This document shows positions 12,150-26,702 of a stretch of DNA of 64,000 bases, piece by piece; within the stretch, counting starts at the first letter, position 1; each line of letters begins with the position of its first letter. A program made the position numbers and the translations under genes. The stretch lies in the NCBI RefSeq assembly GCF_009914755.1, contig NC_060934.1. One strand, 5' to 3'. The notes beneath the pieces were generated by a model. The model saw nothing but the letters and a program-made list of their open reading frames with translations. It had not been told where the DNA came from and did no database searches. The stretch comes from the human T2T-CHM13v2.0 reference genome, Homo sapiens.

Positions 12150-14150
12150 GCCGGTGTGTCCCTATCTGCACGCTCACAAGCACTCATGCCCCAGCCTGGG
12201 ACACACAGGCCCGTATGCAGTAACAGCGTCTACCCAGCTGCACTCTGCACGCCAAGCACAGGCCGCCCCTGCTGCGGGGCCAAAGGCCTGAACGCACCGC
12301 ACCACGCAGCCTCGCCCAGAATAGCTCCCCTCCCGCCCCTCCTGCACAAAGCCCACCCGGACTTAGGGAGAAGGGGGCTCAATACGGGCCCGAAACGAGG
12401 CTACAGACCTTCTCAGGAGCAAAGGCAGCGACTGCAGGCAAATGGGGCTGTGGGCCGGGGTAAGGATGCGGGGCAGGAGAAGCCAAAGGGCAGCAAGGCT
12501 GGGGGCGGGGTAGGCGGCGCAGGAGGCTGAGGGAGGGGAAAAGGAAGAAGGGGAGAGGGAGGAGCGATGGCAGCAGGGGTGGAGGCCGAAGGAGACAGGG
12601 TCCCGGACAGACTTGTGAAAATGGGAGGATGGGCAGAGGAGACGTGGAAGAGGGGACAGGACAGGACAATGAGAGGCGGAGCGCGGGGAGTGCGATGCGG
12701 CCACCGGGGGCTCTGGGCGCTGGGCAGGGGCCAGGATGCCGGGGGTCTGAGCGCAGGCAGCGGGAAGGAGTGGGTTCTGAGGCTCAGCAAGGGGGAGGTG
12801 CCGCCCACCACGCCCCCCGCCCCAACGGGAGCGCGCGGAGCCGGCCTCTCACCCTCTCGCCCGCCGGGGCCGCGCAGGCGGGGGAAGCGCTGCTCCTGCG
12901 GCCGCCACAGGTGCCAGGTGCCGCGGCCCAAGATGGAGCCGGAGCCGACCTGGCCTGGGCGCGAGAGGCCGCCCGCCGCCGTCGGCCCGGCCCGCGGAGC
13001 CAGCGCCGGGTACAGGGAGGGGCCAGCGGGGCAGCTGGCACCGGGGCGGCGGGAGGGGCGGCGGGCGGAGACCTCGCTCACCTGGGCCCGTGCCACTCTG
13101 GAGCCTGCCACCGCCCCGCCGCGGCCCGGGATCTGCGTCCGCGCGCCCCCACCCCTCCTTCCCGACCCCTCCTCAGGCCGGGTCCCCACTGTCCTCGGTC
13201 TTTTCGGCCCCGCCCGCACCACGACCGCCTGTTCTCCAGGCTGCCCAGCGAACCCCCAAGACTCCCACTTCCCCGACGCAACCCCACCGTCCCGGGTGTA
13301 TAGGCGCAGCTCCCCACGATTCTCCGGCCCCAGACCCAGCCCCTCAAGTCCACCTCCTCGTAGCCCCGCCCCCTCGCCCCAGTGCCCCTCGCTCCAGTTC
13401 CCCCTCCGCACCACGCCCCGCATTGAGGTCTCCGCGCCGGCGGCTACCCCTTTCCTCTCGCCTTCTCCATCCTAGCTCCGCCTCTCACAATTCTCTGGCT
13501 CCAGATCCCGCCCACGAGACCCCGTTTCCTATAGGGCCCTTTCGTCTGGGATACCAGGCCTGGTCTCCACTAGCCTCGGACTTTCCAGCCCCAGGTCCCA
13601 AATCCTGGACCCACAGTCCCATCCTCTGAGCTCCACTCTCATGGACCCCAAACCTCACTCCAGTCCTTTGAACTCCATGATCCTGGCCTGGCCTGGCCCC
13701 CGGAGCCCTCCATTGCCCCTCAAGAGCCCAGCCTGGTAGACTCCTTCCCTAGGGTTGCATCTCCAGCCCCGCCCCTGAAGACTGGTAATCTACCACCCCT
13801 TTCCCTGCCCACGTGCCCCTACCCAGCCCGACTTGAGGCCTTCAGTCTCCCAGCAGCGGACCCCAACAGCGGGCGAGGGCAGTGACCGTGCGGGGATGAG
13901 CCACCTCCACCGGAGCCCGCCTTCTTCTCCGCAATTCCCCGCAGCACCACAGCGCCTTCCCGGTCCCGTGACGCCGGGGGCCAGCCCAGGCCCTGGGATC
14001 GCCAGGTTCCACACTATGAGGCTGAGGACCTGGGCCTACGGTTCCCTCAATATCCCCCAGTTTCCACAACCGCTGGCCAGCTTCAGGGCGCAGGACAGGC
14101 AGCCCCGGCCTCCCGCCACTCGCAATAGATTCCTGCTGTCCACCCAGGGC
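12150..14150. promoter_or_regulatory. CpG island / GPRIN2 promoter
   Basis: Very high GC and CpG density, multiple GC boxes (GGGGCGG/CCGCCC), upstream of GPRIN2 exons on the - strand. Confidence 0.85.
12853..13150 (-). other. GPRIN2: GPRIN2 first exon region with two candidate donors (5' end approximate)
   Basis: Minus-strand donors AGG|GTGAGA (exon end 12853) and CAG|GTGAGC (exon end 13082) inside the CpG island. Confidence 0.55.
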
Positions 14151-15433
14151 CACGTGGTATGAGGCACCTGTACTATCTCTGGGCCCCAGTATCACATAAT
14201 TGGGTCCCAATGTTGGCACTTCTCCGTTGTCCCCTGTGCCGGGACCCCCAACTTGTTGGCCCAGCCCTGTGCTGAGAGGCCTGCGTTCCTCCCTTCCAGT
14301 GCCCAGGAGCCAACAGTATCTCTAATTCTCCCCGTTTGGGTAGCAAAGGACCTCAGTCTGCCCAGAGAGACTCAGACTGCCCCAGGTAGCCCTCTCCAGC
14401 GAGGTCTGAGAGCAGCTCTCAGATTCTGGCAGATGGCTGCCTTTGGCCAAATGCCCACAGGGGTGTCGACGTCAGACCCCAGGCTTGGGCCTCACCATCA
14501 CACACTGCCTGGTAGGGGGATCCTGCTTAAAGGAGGCAAATAGGGGATTTGTTTGCCGAGGCCACTACCCACTTCTGCCCCTGTCCAGGAATTAGGACCT
14601 CTGCTTCCACATCTTAGGCATCTTACTCATATTCCCTCTTTAGTGAAGTCAGCTGAGCCCCAAGAAGGGATGGACTGCTTGTGGTTACACTGAGAGTTGG
14701 TGCCAGATCCAGGCCCCAAACCTGGGGCTCTCAGCTCCCAGGACATCTCAAGAACCAAGAACCTCACTGTGTGTTTCAAGGAAGCCTTCTTGGGGCTGGG
14801 TGTCAGGAGATGTCTGCCATGCAATCTACCTGCGAACACAGCTGGCTGGCCCTCACCCCAGGGCATCACTCCTTGTCCAACTGGCCCCCTTCTTCCATTC
14901 ATGCCCTGGCAAGGAGGCTCCCCTGGCTGTGGCAGCTGTCCAGGGAGAACCCAGGATGGGGAGTCACACTTAAATTCCAATCTCAACTCCCCCACATATT
15001 CACTGGCTGTGCAACCCCACACCCAAGCAAAACTGTTCATCTCTCTGGGCATCAGTTTCCTCATCTGCAGAATGGTAGTAATTATACCTACCTAACAGGG
15101 CTGGGGGAAGAGGGTGTTTGTGAACGTGTCCCGTGGAGTGTTATCGCTGCTATCAGTCACTTGATCAAATATTTACTGAGCTCCTCCTGGGTCAGGTCCT
15201 GGAGGTACAAGCTGCACTGCATGGGGGAAGGAAGGGATGGATATGTGTAGATTGCTTTGGTAGAGAGCAGCTCAGGCCTGAGGACCACATGGGCCAACTA
15301 CCATTTGCTGAGACTCTGAACCCTGACAGAAGAGGAATGAGTGTGGGGTGCACTCAGGGGTCCAGCGGGGGCACACTGGGATGTTTGAGGCACCACGTGG
15401 ACAGGTGGGTTGCACATTACAGGATTGGAGGGG

Positions 15434-15735
<302 letters not shown>

Positions 15736-16215
15736 AAGGACCGGAGTTTTTCAGAAGTCTGGGTGTCATGGACATGGGGTGGTTGCTGAAGTCACAGGGG
15801 TGGATAAGGTCTTCAGGGAAAGAGTAGAGTGAGGAGAGGGCTTAGGACCCATTTGTGAGTCACCAGGTGACAAAGGATGGAGGAGCACCCAGAAAAGATA
15901 GTGGGAAACTGGGACATCATGGTGACACAGGGCACTTGGAGCAAGCTCCTTCAGTGAGGTGGCAGAGGCAGAAGCCACTGGCGTGGGTTGGGGGATGAGC
16001 TGGAGGAGAGAACCAGAGATGGTGCATGTGCAGATGCCTCTTTTAAACACAGCCATAAAGGGGAGAAGAAAGGTGTCACTTGGGAAGGAATGTAGGGTCA
16101 AGAGAGGCATTTTTTTAATGCTATTTTTTTTTTGTTTGCTTGCTTGTTTTATTATCTGCATCCTGTAGTAGGTTTCTTTTATTTCAAACAACAGAAAGCA
16201 AGTCTGGTTAAGTTA

Positions 16216-16719
<504 letters not shown>

Positions 16720-18169
16720 AAGCAAAAGGGGATATGTCAAAAGATCGCAGGGATCTCCAGATGCTAATGCTTTCAGCCATGTTCTTCAAGGCAGGAGCCA
16801 GGTGACTCCAGATCCCAACAGGAGGAACCACTTGCTCCCCAGTGCCACCTCCACAGAAAGGATTCCTGTCCATGGTCCTTGGTGTGTCTCTCAGCTCAAG
16901 ATTCAAAATCCCAGTGGAGTGTCAGTTTGTTTGGCCGAGCTATGGCCACATGCCCTCTGCCCTTGGATCGACATACCTGGAGGAATACCTGGCCCAATGC
17001 CTCTCTAGGATCACCCACTGCCCCACTGAGACTGCTCACAAGACAGTTTTCCCCAGCAGGGAGGTTGAAGCCTGAGTGACCAGAAACAAGTATCCACTGC
17101 ACATTGTAACGAACTGAGCACATTTGACTGCTAGGGAGAAGTACCCATTGAGAAGGAGTGGACAGGAGATACAGGAGCCAGAATTGCTACTGGCAATAAG
17201 GTCCTCAATGGGCTGAGATTCAGGAGTTCAATAGGAGGAAAGAGGTGACTTCTTTATGTAATAGCAGAGCAAGAAGAAATGATGGGGGTAGTACCGAGGT
17301 ACCGTAGTCTCTCTCCTCTTGGGAAAGAAAGTTGCTGGCAACCTTAAATCTACATCCTCACATCTCTGGATCTAAACAACCCACAAATCAAGTCTTACTG
17401 CCCCTACTTGACAATCCTGGACCAGAGAGAGAGCTCTTCAATTGACCAGCCTGTGTCACTGCTCTTCCCAAAATGGTGGGGCCCTGCAGTAGGGCTGACA
17501 GTGGGTCACAGAGACTAGTGAAGAGTGGTTCCCCAAAGGAAAGGGCAAGACACTGTTGCCAGACTAAGGGAACCTGATACTGAGCTGTCCCAAAGCACAA
17601 ATTACCGCTGGGGACAGCCTCTGTGCAAGCTTTGAGGAAATGCTAAGTTGGGATGTATCAATGCCTAAGGAAGAGAGAGCTTTGATTCAGTTAAACAGCA
17701 TCTGCTTTTCTAGCAAAATATCTCTAGGGTACAAGAGACCCCTCTAGCCAAAAGAGCCATAAATGAAAAGGCTGTCTTTTTGTCTGACAAAAAGACACTG
17801 ACTCCCTGGGACTTAGCATATAATAGATGTTTGCTGGCTGGCTGGCTGGCTGGATGAATGAATGAATGAATGGAAGGCAGTTGATTCAGAAATGCCTATT
17901 ACTACCTCAATTTAGTTCCACAGACATTTTCCTGAGTCCCTAATAATAATTATCAGCTGCAAGCTGACAATATAGGCTAAATCAGAGGTGCCTTGGCCCC
18001 AAAGCCTACATGATGGGGGATTCAGGGGACCTGAGACAGATGCCCAAAGGACAATTAGGTCACAAGGATTGAAGGGAATAGAAGGGGCTGGAGTGCTCAG
18101 AGGAGAGGCATTGTAGTAGACATCTGTTGCTTTTTCAGCTCCCCACAATCCAGCCCCCATTTCATTTGG

Positions 18170-18655
18170 GGGATCATCCCGAGACAGAGACTGCTAATTG
18201 TCCCCCAATACTTATTGTCCCCTTCTATAGTAATAGAATTCCTCTAACTGAGTACATAACTGCCCAGAATAATGACCACATTTCCCAGGCATCGTGCACC
18301 CAACATGCTGTAGATTAGGTTCTCAGCAGTGAGATGTTAGCAGAAGTAATTTTTGCAATTTCTCGGTCATGCACTTCAGAAGAAATGTGCCTCGCCCCTT
18401 TCCCTCTCCCCTGGTAGGAATGAAGTCATGGTGTGAAGCCAGTTTATATCAATCAGATGAAGCTAAAACCCTAAGGATGTCAGAGTGACAAAAGAGAAGG
18501 AGCCTGTGTCCCAACACACTGTGGTTGCCTATCAGCCCTGGACTAGCTCTAACTAGGTTTTCCATGAAAGAGAAATTAACCTCCAGTCTATTTCAGTCAC
18601 TATTTGGGGTGAGTGCTCTCTTGCAGAAGGAAAGCCTGTATACTAATTATTAGTG
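18170..18655 (+). mobile_element. Old MaLR/ERVL-type LTR, probably followed by internal sequence
   Basis: Degenerate LTR-like 3' end (agagaaattaacctcc...tttgggg...tactaat); subfamily not determined. Confidence 0.4.
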
Positions 18656-18696
18656 CTGTATACTAATTATTAGTAAAGGCTGTATACTAATTATTA
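18636..18696. repeat. Three tandem copies of CTGTATACTAATTATTA(GT)
   Basis: Directly visible; core ACTAAT-T-ATTAGT is an interrupted palindrome. Confidence 0.9.
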
Positions 18697-19063
18697 CCAA
18701 GAAGGGCTGTGTTGCTGGTAACAAAACTGAAAACATATTTTAAATGCTATACATAAATATGATGATCTGGAAACCCTGTTTATGCCATGCCATAGCAGTC
18801 GATCAACTGATTCCTGCAATACCTTGCAAAGTCAGCTCTTGCTCTAAAGGAAACAATTGGAAATTTCAGAATGCAGGTGTTTGCTGGATGCTTCTTGCCA
18901 CTCTCAACAGAGTCCTACATGACCCAGAAGAACGTGGACAGAGCTAGCCCGAGGAAGGCAGATACTGAAGAGAATACAGCAGTGCTGAAAGAAGCTCCCT
19001 TTGCCTATGGGCTATAACCTCAGTTTAAAAAGTTTTCAGACCTAAAAAAAAAAACTATTGCTT

Positions 19064-19546
19064 GTTAAAAACTCCATATTTGATAGCTTGATTCTTATAT
19101 CTTGAAAGATTTTTAAAGTAGAGTGTAAATATAACTGATGTTATGAAATTCTGTTTCATGTTCTGTAGAGCAGTTATATATCATAATGTAGGCAGAAATC
19201 AGCCATCATATCATATCATATCATATCATATCATATCATATCATATCACATCATAATGTAGGCAGAAATCCGCCATCATATAATTGTGAGCAGAAATCAG
19301 CCATCATATAATTGTGAGCAGAAAAATACCTAATTGGATTCTGTAAATGGGTATATTTTGAATTATGCTGTACAGTGCTTGCCCAAAAAAATACTGTGCC
19401 TGAAAATGGCATCAATTTATTAATAAAAAATATGATTTAAGTGATTTTCTAACAACATTTCAAAGGCACCTTTATGGTTCTCAAAGTGTTGCCATATAAT
19501 AATATTCCTTTAGAATAAAATTATATTTATTTAAAAAAATAAAGAG
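19064..19546 (+). pseudogene. Retroposed 5'-truncated mRNA 3'-end fragment (parent unknown)
   Basis: AATAAA at 19514-19519, decayed A-tail from 19533, TSD AAAAA[A/T]CTATTGCTT at ~19049-19063 and 19547-19561. Confidence 0.65.
19181..19325. repeat. (TCATA)n microsatellite with tandemly duplicated GCAGAAATCAGCCATCATA units
   Basis: Directly visible. Confidence 0.9.
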
Positions 19547-19842
19547 AAAAATCTATTGCTTCTGTACCACAAACTGAGGCAGATATAGAATAATTTTCTG
19601 AAGAAGCAGGATTAGCAGGAGACGAGACTATGGACCCTAGTCTTTCTCAAACACTTGATTACGTTTCTCAACCTGACAATGACAGCCGCTCGGCCACAAA
19701 GACCAGATCAAGGAAGCTGCCTTCCAGTCCAAGTTGAGTGTTTTCGCTGGTCTCAGGTTGAGAGGGAGGTGAATAGATATAACATACAGGCTGATAAATA
19801 AAAGGCCACCATTTTTAGGCTTAAATACTGCTAATCTAAAGG

Positions 19843-20050
19843 AGGTTGAGCATCACTAAACCAAAAACCCAGAAATCCAAAATGCTCTAAAATCCAAAAC
19901 TTCTTGAGCACACATTATGCTCATTGGAGCATTTCAGATTTTGGATTTTCAGATTAGGGATGTTCAGCCAGGATAATGCAAATATTCCAAAATCTGAAAT
20001 ATGAAACACTCTGGCCCCGAGCATTTCAGATAAGGGATACCCAACCTGTA
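19843..20050. mobile_element. Tigger4a/MER46-like TcMar DNA transposon
   Basis: TIR-like ends AGGTTGAGCATC...GATACCCAACCTG-TA; internal ccaaaatgctc/gagcatttcagattttgg. Confidence 0.7.
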
Positions 20051-20234
20051 CTTGCCCCAGAGGATAACTAGCCACAAATAGGCAGAAAGCCAACTGAGAT
20101 TTTAAGGGGCATGTGTTACCAAAGAACCATGAGTCTGGCTGGTACAAGTCTGCATTTTTGACTCCTTAAATCAACCGACCCCTACCCACCAAACCTGCAC
20201 CTGCAAAAAGTGGGCTGCAAAAGCTATGCATCCC

Positions 20235-20362
20235 AGGCCCAGTGTGGTGGCATGTGCCTGTAGTCCCTGCTGCTCTGAAGGCTGAAGTGGGAGGATTGCC
20301 TGAGCCCCAGGCACTCGAGTCCAGCCTGGGCAACACAGCAAGACCTTCTCTCTAAAAAAAAA
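20235..20362 (+). mobile_element. Alu monomer (FLAM/FAM-like)
   Basis: Single Alu arm with A-tail. Confidence 0.75.
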
Positions 20363-20703
20363 TGTTTAAGCTGTATAGCCCTAAGAGGGATACACCGTTT
20401 GATGCCCTTTAGTTGTGCCATGGAAGGCAGTGGACAAAGAGGGGACCACCAAGGTCCAAAGATGTCTATCCCAGGGAATACTCCTGGAGAGAGGCGCTGT
20501 CATCCAAGGACTCTGCTCCACTCCCTGGGAACCTTCACAATTTCTGCCCACCAGGATTTGGTGGGTGTGTTTTTCCCTCTTCTGGATGAGGTTTCCCACC
20601 ATGTTTATCTTATTTTTACTGGCTGTTGCATATTGGGTGTAAGGAGGCAGGCAATGTATGTAAGGGTTCCAGGGCAACACACCATAAAGAACTGCATCCA
20701 GAA

Positions 20704-20840
20704 GCCTGGTGTGGTGGCTCACACCTGTAAACCCAGCACTTCGGGAGGCCAAGATGTGAGGATTGCTTGAGCCCGGGAGTTCGAGACCAGCCTGGGCAAC
20801 ATAGTGAGAACTTGTCTAAAAAAACAAAAATAAAACAAAA
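20704..20840 (+). mobile_element. Alu left monomer (FLAM-like)
   Basis: Single arm with A-rich tail. Confidence 0.75.
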
Positions 20841-22695
20841 ACCACATCAGATCTGATGGTGCAGGCTGTCCCTCCACAGGTCCCAGGCTTGGAGCTGGAC
20901 ATAGGCACTGGATGCAACTTTAGGGTTGTCTCCCCTGGGGAGGGGACACATGGAAATTTGACTGGCCAATGGGACAGGCTGGGGCTGAGATTGCTAATTG
21001 CCCCCGATCACACTCATCTCCTATGTTTAAAGAATTCTTGTTTTTTATCTGGAGATACGGAAATCCAGAAAAAAAATACTGTATTTCCTCACTTCCTAGA
21101 AGCTATATTTGGCCAAGTAACTGACCAGCAGCATTGAAGTAGGGAGAGGTGACACTTTTAACCAGAGGGGCGAGCCCTCCTCTTCCGCCTTTTCCGTTTC
21201 CACTGGCTAGGCAGTGGAGGTGATGGTGAAACATCTCACATCACAATACCTAGGGATAGAGAAGCAACAAGATGGGGAAAAAAAAACCTGGGCTCCCAGG
21301 CTGCTTACCTGCAGGCAGGTGAGGGAGAAAGAAACTTCTATCTTGCTTAAGCCAATCTTATTTGAAGTCTCTCTTCCAGCAGTTCAACATATATTCCACA
21401 AAGATATTACTCACACTCTACCTCCTCTACGCTCATGTGGGTCTTAGAGGAGGGGTGTATGCTAGGCCTCAGCCAATCACTGTATCAGTTTCCTGGCCAG
21501 AGATTGTTCAGGATAAGTGTGTACCCCACTTAGATCCAATGATAAATACTTTATCTGGGAATCTGGAGAAAGAAACTCATTCTATTCCCCAAGGGAATGT
21601 GGCGATGAAGCCACCATCTTACATGAAGCCGGATACTGGAGCCGCCCAGAGAAGGACAAAGTGAGGATGTGCAGAAGCAAGTTCCCGAGAACATCCCGGG
21701 AGCCTTGACCTCAGTGAGGACTAAGGCTAGTCTCATCCCTTGACATCTCAATTAAGGAAGACAATACATTTCCTTTTTTAAAAACCAATTTGCATTATAT
21801 TTCCATCCTTTGCTACCAAAAGTGTCCTTAGTGATACGCTGGTCACCGTGGGAGGGTTACAGAGGCAACATGGAAGGGGGATGTCTGCTTTGGTCTCAGA
21901 CCACCTGCAACTTGTTTGGGGGAAAAAATGGGTTTGTTATAAGGATGCATGAGGATTTGAACCAGAATTGAAAAGTCCTCAGGAATAGGCGAGACAACTT
22001 CAGAAATAGCCATTGCTCCCTCTCTTCATGGAGCTTCCTAGACAGGTTTCCTCCAGACTGTGCTCTGCCAGCTCTTTCCACCAACTGGCGCCCTCTCCTG
22101 ATGCTGAATTTCTGCTGCTTTGAAACTGAGTTGCCACCACGCCAGCTCCTCCTAGTGGCACCTCTTCACATATCCTTCATGCTTCTTCCCTTGCAGCTGG
22201 CTGTCTCGCTCCTGCCCTGTTTCTCAACTTCCAATTTAAAAAAGAGAAATTGGATAGACATAGGTCATCTTTAATGCCAGAGGAAAACTCACAAATCCTG
22301 ACCAGCCTGATTCAGAGCCTGAGTCAGGTGTTTGCTTGCTCTTGTCCAACTGTTACATGATCTAAAATAGGGCCACCTGCTGGCTGTCTCCTCCTCTAGG
22401 GCTGCGGGCATGGCAGGTACCACCACTGATGTGTCTTGTATGCCTACACAGAATTATTGTATTAGGCAATACTCTTCTGACTTCAAGAGGCAGAAACCCA
22501 ACTCAAATTGGCTTAAGCACCAAAGGGACTTTTCACTGTTTCTTGTAAGTCAACAGTCCAGGGTAACCGGGCTTGGCCAGAGCCCCTAGCTTAAATGATG
22601 TCATCAGAACTGGCACCTCTCTCTTTTAGCCAGGCTCTCCCTACATAGTGGGTCTTGGGAACTCCTGGATTATGTTTATGTCCTCACAGCTCTAA

Positions 22696-23061
<366 letters not shown>

Positions 23062-24305
23062 GCCATTACTGTTATTATGGCTCCCAAAAGTTGCCCACAA
23101 ATTCCAGGTTCAAGTCATAGTAAACTAAGGTAGGCCACTGCCCAGCTCCTAACCACTCACTGAGGCCTGCAGCATGTGATGCTCTGACTGGCCAGGTCTG
23201 GATCAAATCTAGCTCTGGAGTTAAAAGAGAAATGGGACCACTGAATTTTGTCACCAGAAGCAGCAAGAATAGATGCTGAGCAGGCAAAAACAACAAATGT
23301 CCTCTGCAATCTGCAGCATTGGTTGTTGAATGTTACACATACCCCTCTTGACATAAACACAGCTGTTAAAATATTCTTTCTCAAGATAAGGCAGTTATAC
23401 CATATACCACCAAAACCCTACTCACTCCCACTGCAACAGAAGACAGCGCAGAACTCAGGTTCTCAACCAGTTGCTGCATTCAGGTTCAGAACCCCTGGAG
23501 GATGTGCTGTCCTCTCCGAACTGTGGTAAGTGAAGCTCTGAGGACATAGATAGCAGGACCCAACGGGCCTCTTCCATGTGCCTCCACCGGGGTGAGTAAA
23601 TTCCAATCAGTCCCCAATGAGTCTGGCTTATTTCACTCAATATTCAAGTTTCAGAATGAAAGCATCTGACTGGCCCAGTTTGCATCATGCACCCACCCGC
23701 TGACCAGGGGAGTGCAGAGCACAGTGCATCTGTTGGAGGCGGGAACATGGTTTCTGTTACTATGAGCGAGAAGTAAGGATGCTGGGCTAATGTGGGAAAT
23801 CCTCGCTGAGTGGATTTCTCTGCCTCGATAATGACATGGACACTGCTGATGAGCTAGCTGGTGGGTGTGGCTGGGTCACCAGGCTCATATGTGGCAGCCA
23901 GGCAGCTCCAGATAGGAGGGGGTCCCCAGTGTCTGGGAGCTGTGGACTCCCAATTCTTGTCTTGAGGCCCACTGGCACAGTCCTCACTTTGGAGAAATTG
24001 GGGCACTGTTTATGCCAGTTCAGGCTTAGGCCCTGGCTCCTCCCTGGTCTGATCATGACCTTGCTTGAGGACTATGTGTGGACACTGCTGATTGCCGACC
24101 TGTGTCAGGATAGTCTGGGTTATGTTGCAATAGCGACCTCACAAAAATAGCAGTGGATTAACTAAACACAAGTCTATTTCCCACCCTTGCTCTATGCCTA
24201 TCACAGGTTTGGCAAGAGGGCTCTGTTCATCGTGGAGGACTCTTGGCATTTGCTTTTACAGTCATCACATCAATGGAAAAGAACTTGGGGAACAATGTAC
24301 CAACT

Positions 24306-24794
24306 GTCTTTTTTTAAACTTTTATTTCAGAATCAGAGGGTACATGTGCAGGTTGTTACAAAAGTATATTTTGAGGCTGAGGTTTGGAGGACAAATGAAT
24401 CCATCACTCAAGAGGAGCATAGTACACAATAGGCAGTTTTTAATCGACTCTTGACCCCCCTCCCTCCCTCTCTTCTCTTGTATTCCCCAGTGTCTGTTGT
24501 TCCCATTTTTATGACCATGTGTACCCAATGTTTAGCTCTCATTTAACAAGTGAGAACATGCAGTATATAGTTTTCTGTTCCTATGTTAAGTCACTTAGGA
24601 TAATGGTTTCTAGCTGCATCCATATTGCTGCAAAGGACAGGTCTTCCTTCTTTTTGTGGCTGTGTAGTAGTCCATGATGTATATGCACAACATTCTTTCT
24701 ATCCAACCCACTATTGATGGGCACCTGGGTTGATTCCATGTCTTTGCTACCATGAATAGCGCAGTGATGAACATATGGGTGCATGTGTCTTTTT
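24306..24794 (-). mobile_element. 5'-truncated L1 3' end (older L1PA-type)
   Basis: Antisense L1 3'UTR (gggtacatgtgcagg...aagtgagaacatgcag...gctgcatccat); TSD ATG[T/C]ACCAACT at ~24295 and ~24795. Confidence 0.85.
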
Positions 24795-25439
24795 ATGCAC
24801 CAACTTTTAAAGCTTCCACTAGAAAGTGATACATCTCACTTCTGCTCCCATTTCATTGATCAAAGTAAGTTACACATCCATAACTAACCCCAAGGGTTGT
24901 ACCATCTGCCTAGAAGAAAGAAAACCAAATATAGTGGCCAAATACCCACTTCACTAATGACAACCACTACCCAATTTCTCTCTCCTCTTCTTCCAAAACA
25001 GAGCACCAGTTTTGACTGGGATGACAATTGTCTAGCTAAATATATTTACTTTTCCTTGTAACTTCCTTGTATCTGGGGTTAGTTACACGTGACCTTGTTC
25101 TAACCAATGAGATGTAAGAGGGAATCACTAGGTAGGGGTTTCTTGGAAAGCTAGATGTGATGCCTTGAGACGCAGCAGCCATACTGTGAACTTAAGGACA
25201 GAAACCACACACTCCAGAAGGTGAAGGAGGATGATGAGGGAGCCTGGGATCTTGATGAAACCCTTAAGCATCTGTGCCACCCTGGGCTGCTGATCTCTGG
25301 GGTGCTGGCTACATAACAACAATAAACCCCTATCTGATCCACTGATGGTCAGGTGTTCTGGTATTTCATCCAAACACGTTCCTTACTATTTACCTGCTCT
25401 GTATTTGAGGTTTCTCAGTCTTCGGTCTTTCATGTACAG

Positions 25440-25590
25440 ATGATTTATGGTGCAATGGGAAGAACTTTGAATCATTCGACACTGGATTCAAATCTGGGGT
25501 TGACCGATTTCTAGTTGTGTGACCTTGGGCGAGTTGCCGAACCTCTTCCAGCTTTAGTTTTCTCATCTGTAAAATTGGAATTGAAATCCC
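25440..25590. mobile_element. MIR
   Basis: tgtgaccttgggcgagtt...agttttctcatctgtaaaat core. Confidence 0.65.
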
Positions 25591-26284
25591 GTGGCATTGA
25601 CAGCCATTTCTTATGTCCTCTTCCTTCAACCAGTCTCCCATTATAGGACTGAAAAGGTCAGATACTCACTTTCTTGGTCTCCTTGAAACCAGCATGGCTG
25701 TGTGTGGGTCTGGCCAGTGAGCAACAAGGTATGGAGGGTCAGTGTGCTGGAGGCTTTCTGATAAGATGAGGGATGTGAGTGAGGAAATAAACACTTTCCC
25801 TATCAGATTCCTTTCCTTCTTTTCCTGCCTTTGAACTTGGTGTTAGAAGACACCAAGCCATCTCGAAACTTGAAGGTGGCAGAGCAGGTGACACATCCAA
25901 GGAACCTGGATCTTAGATGATGATGTTGAGCTGCCAAGTCAAATCTGAGGCTACCCAACCACAAATGTCTTGCTAAGTAACACCATTTCTCCCCATTCCA
26001 AGGAAGGCCTTTTTTTTTTCACATTCTGACACCACTGTCACTTCTCATATCTGATTTGATAGTAAAGAATGGCTTCATGGTTTGGCAGCAAGTTTTGCTT
26101 ATACAAAGAAAGTGGTGCAAAACAGTGGTGCATTTCACAATCAATGACATCTTAGAGCTAATGAAATAAGAAAGCAAATCTTCTTATGGTGTAAGCCCTA
26201 TTTAGGCTTATTTAGTCAGATTTAGTCAGATTTACTGTAAATTGTAACCAAAAGATTTCCTAAGTGATAAAAGTACCTGCCATA

Positions 26285-26702
<418 letters not shown>

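Noticed and set aside
12413-13629. Long ORFs (336, 302, 224 and 179 aa) on both strands
   Set aside because: They lie in a GC-rich CpG island where stop codons are rare; low-complexity Pro/Gly/Arg/Ala products with no recognisable domain.
18636-19325. Short direct repeats as a CRISPR-like array
   Set aside because: No unique spacers of regular length, no cas genes, primate genomic context; simple slippage duplications.
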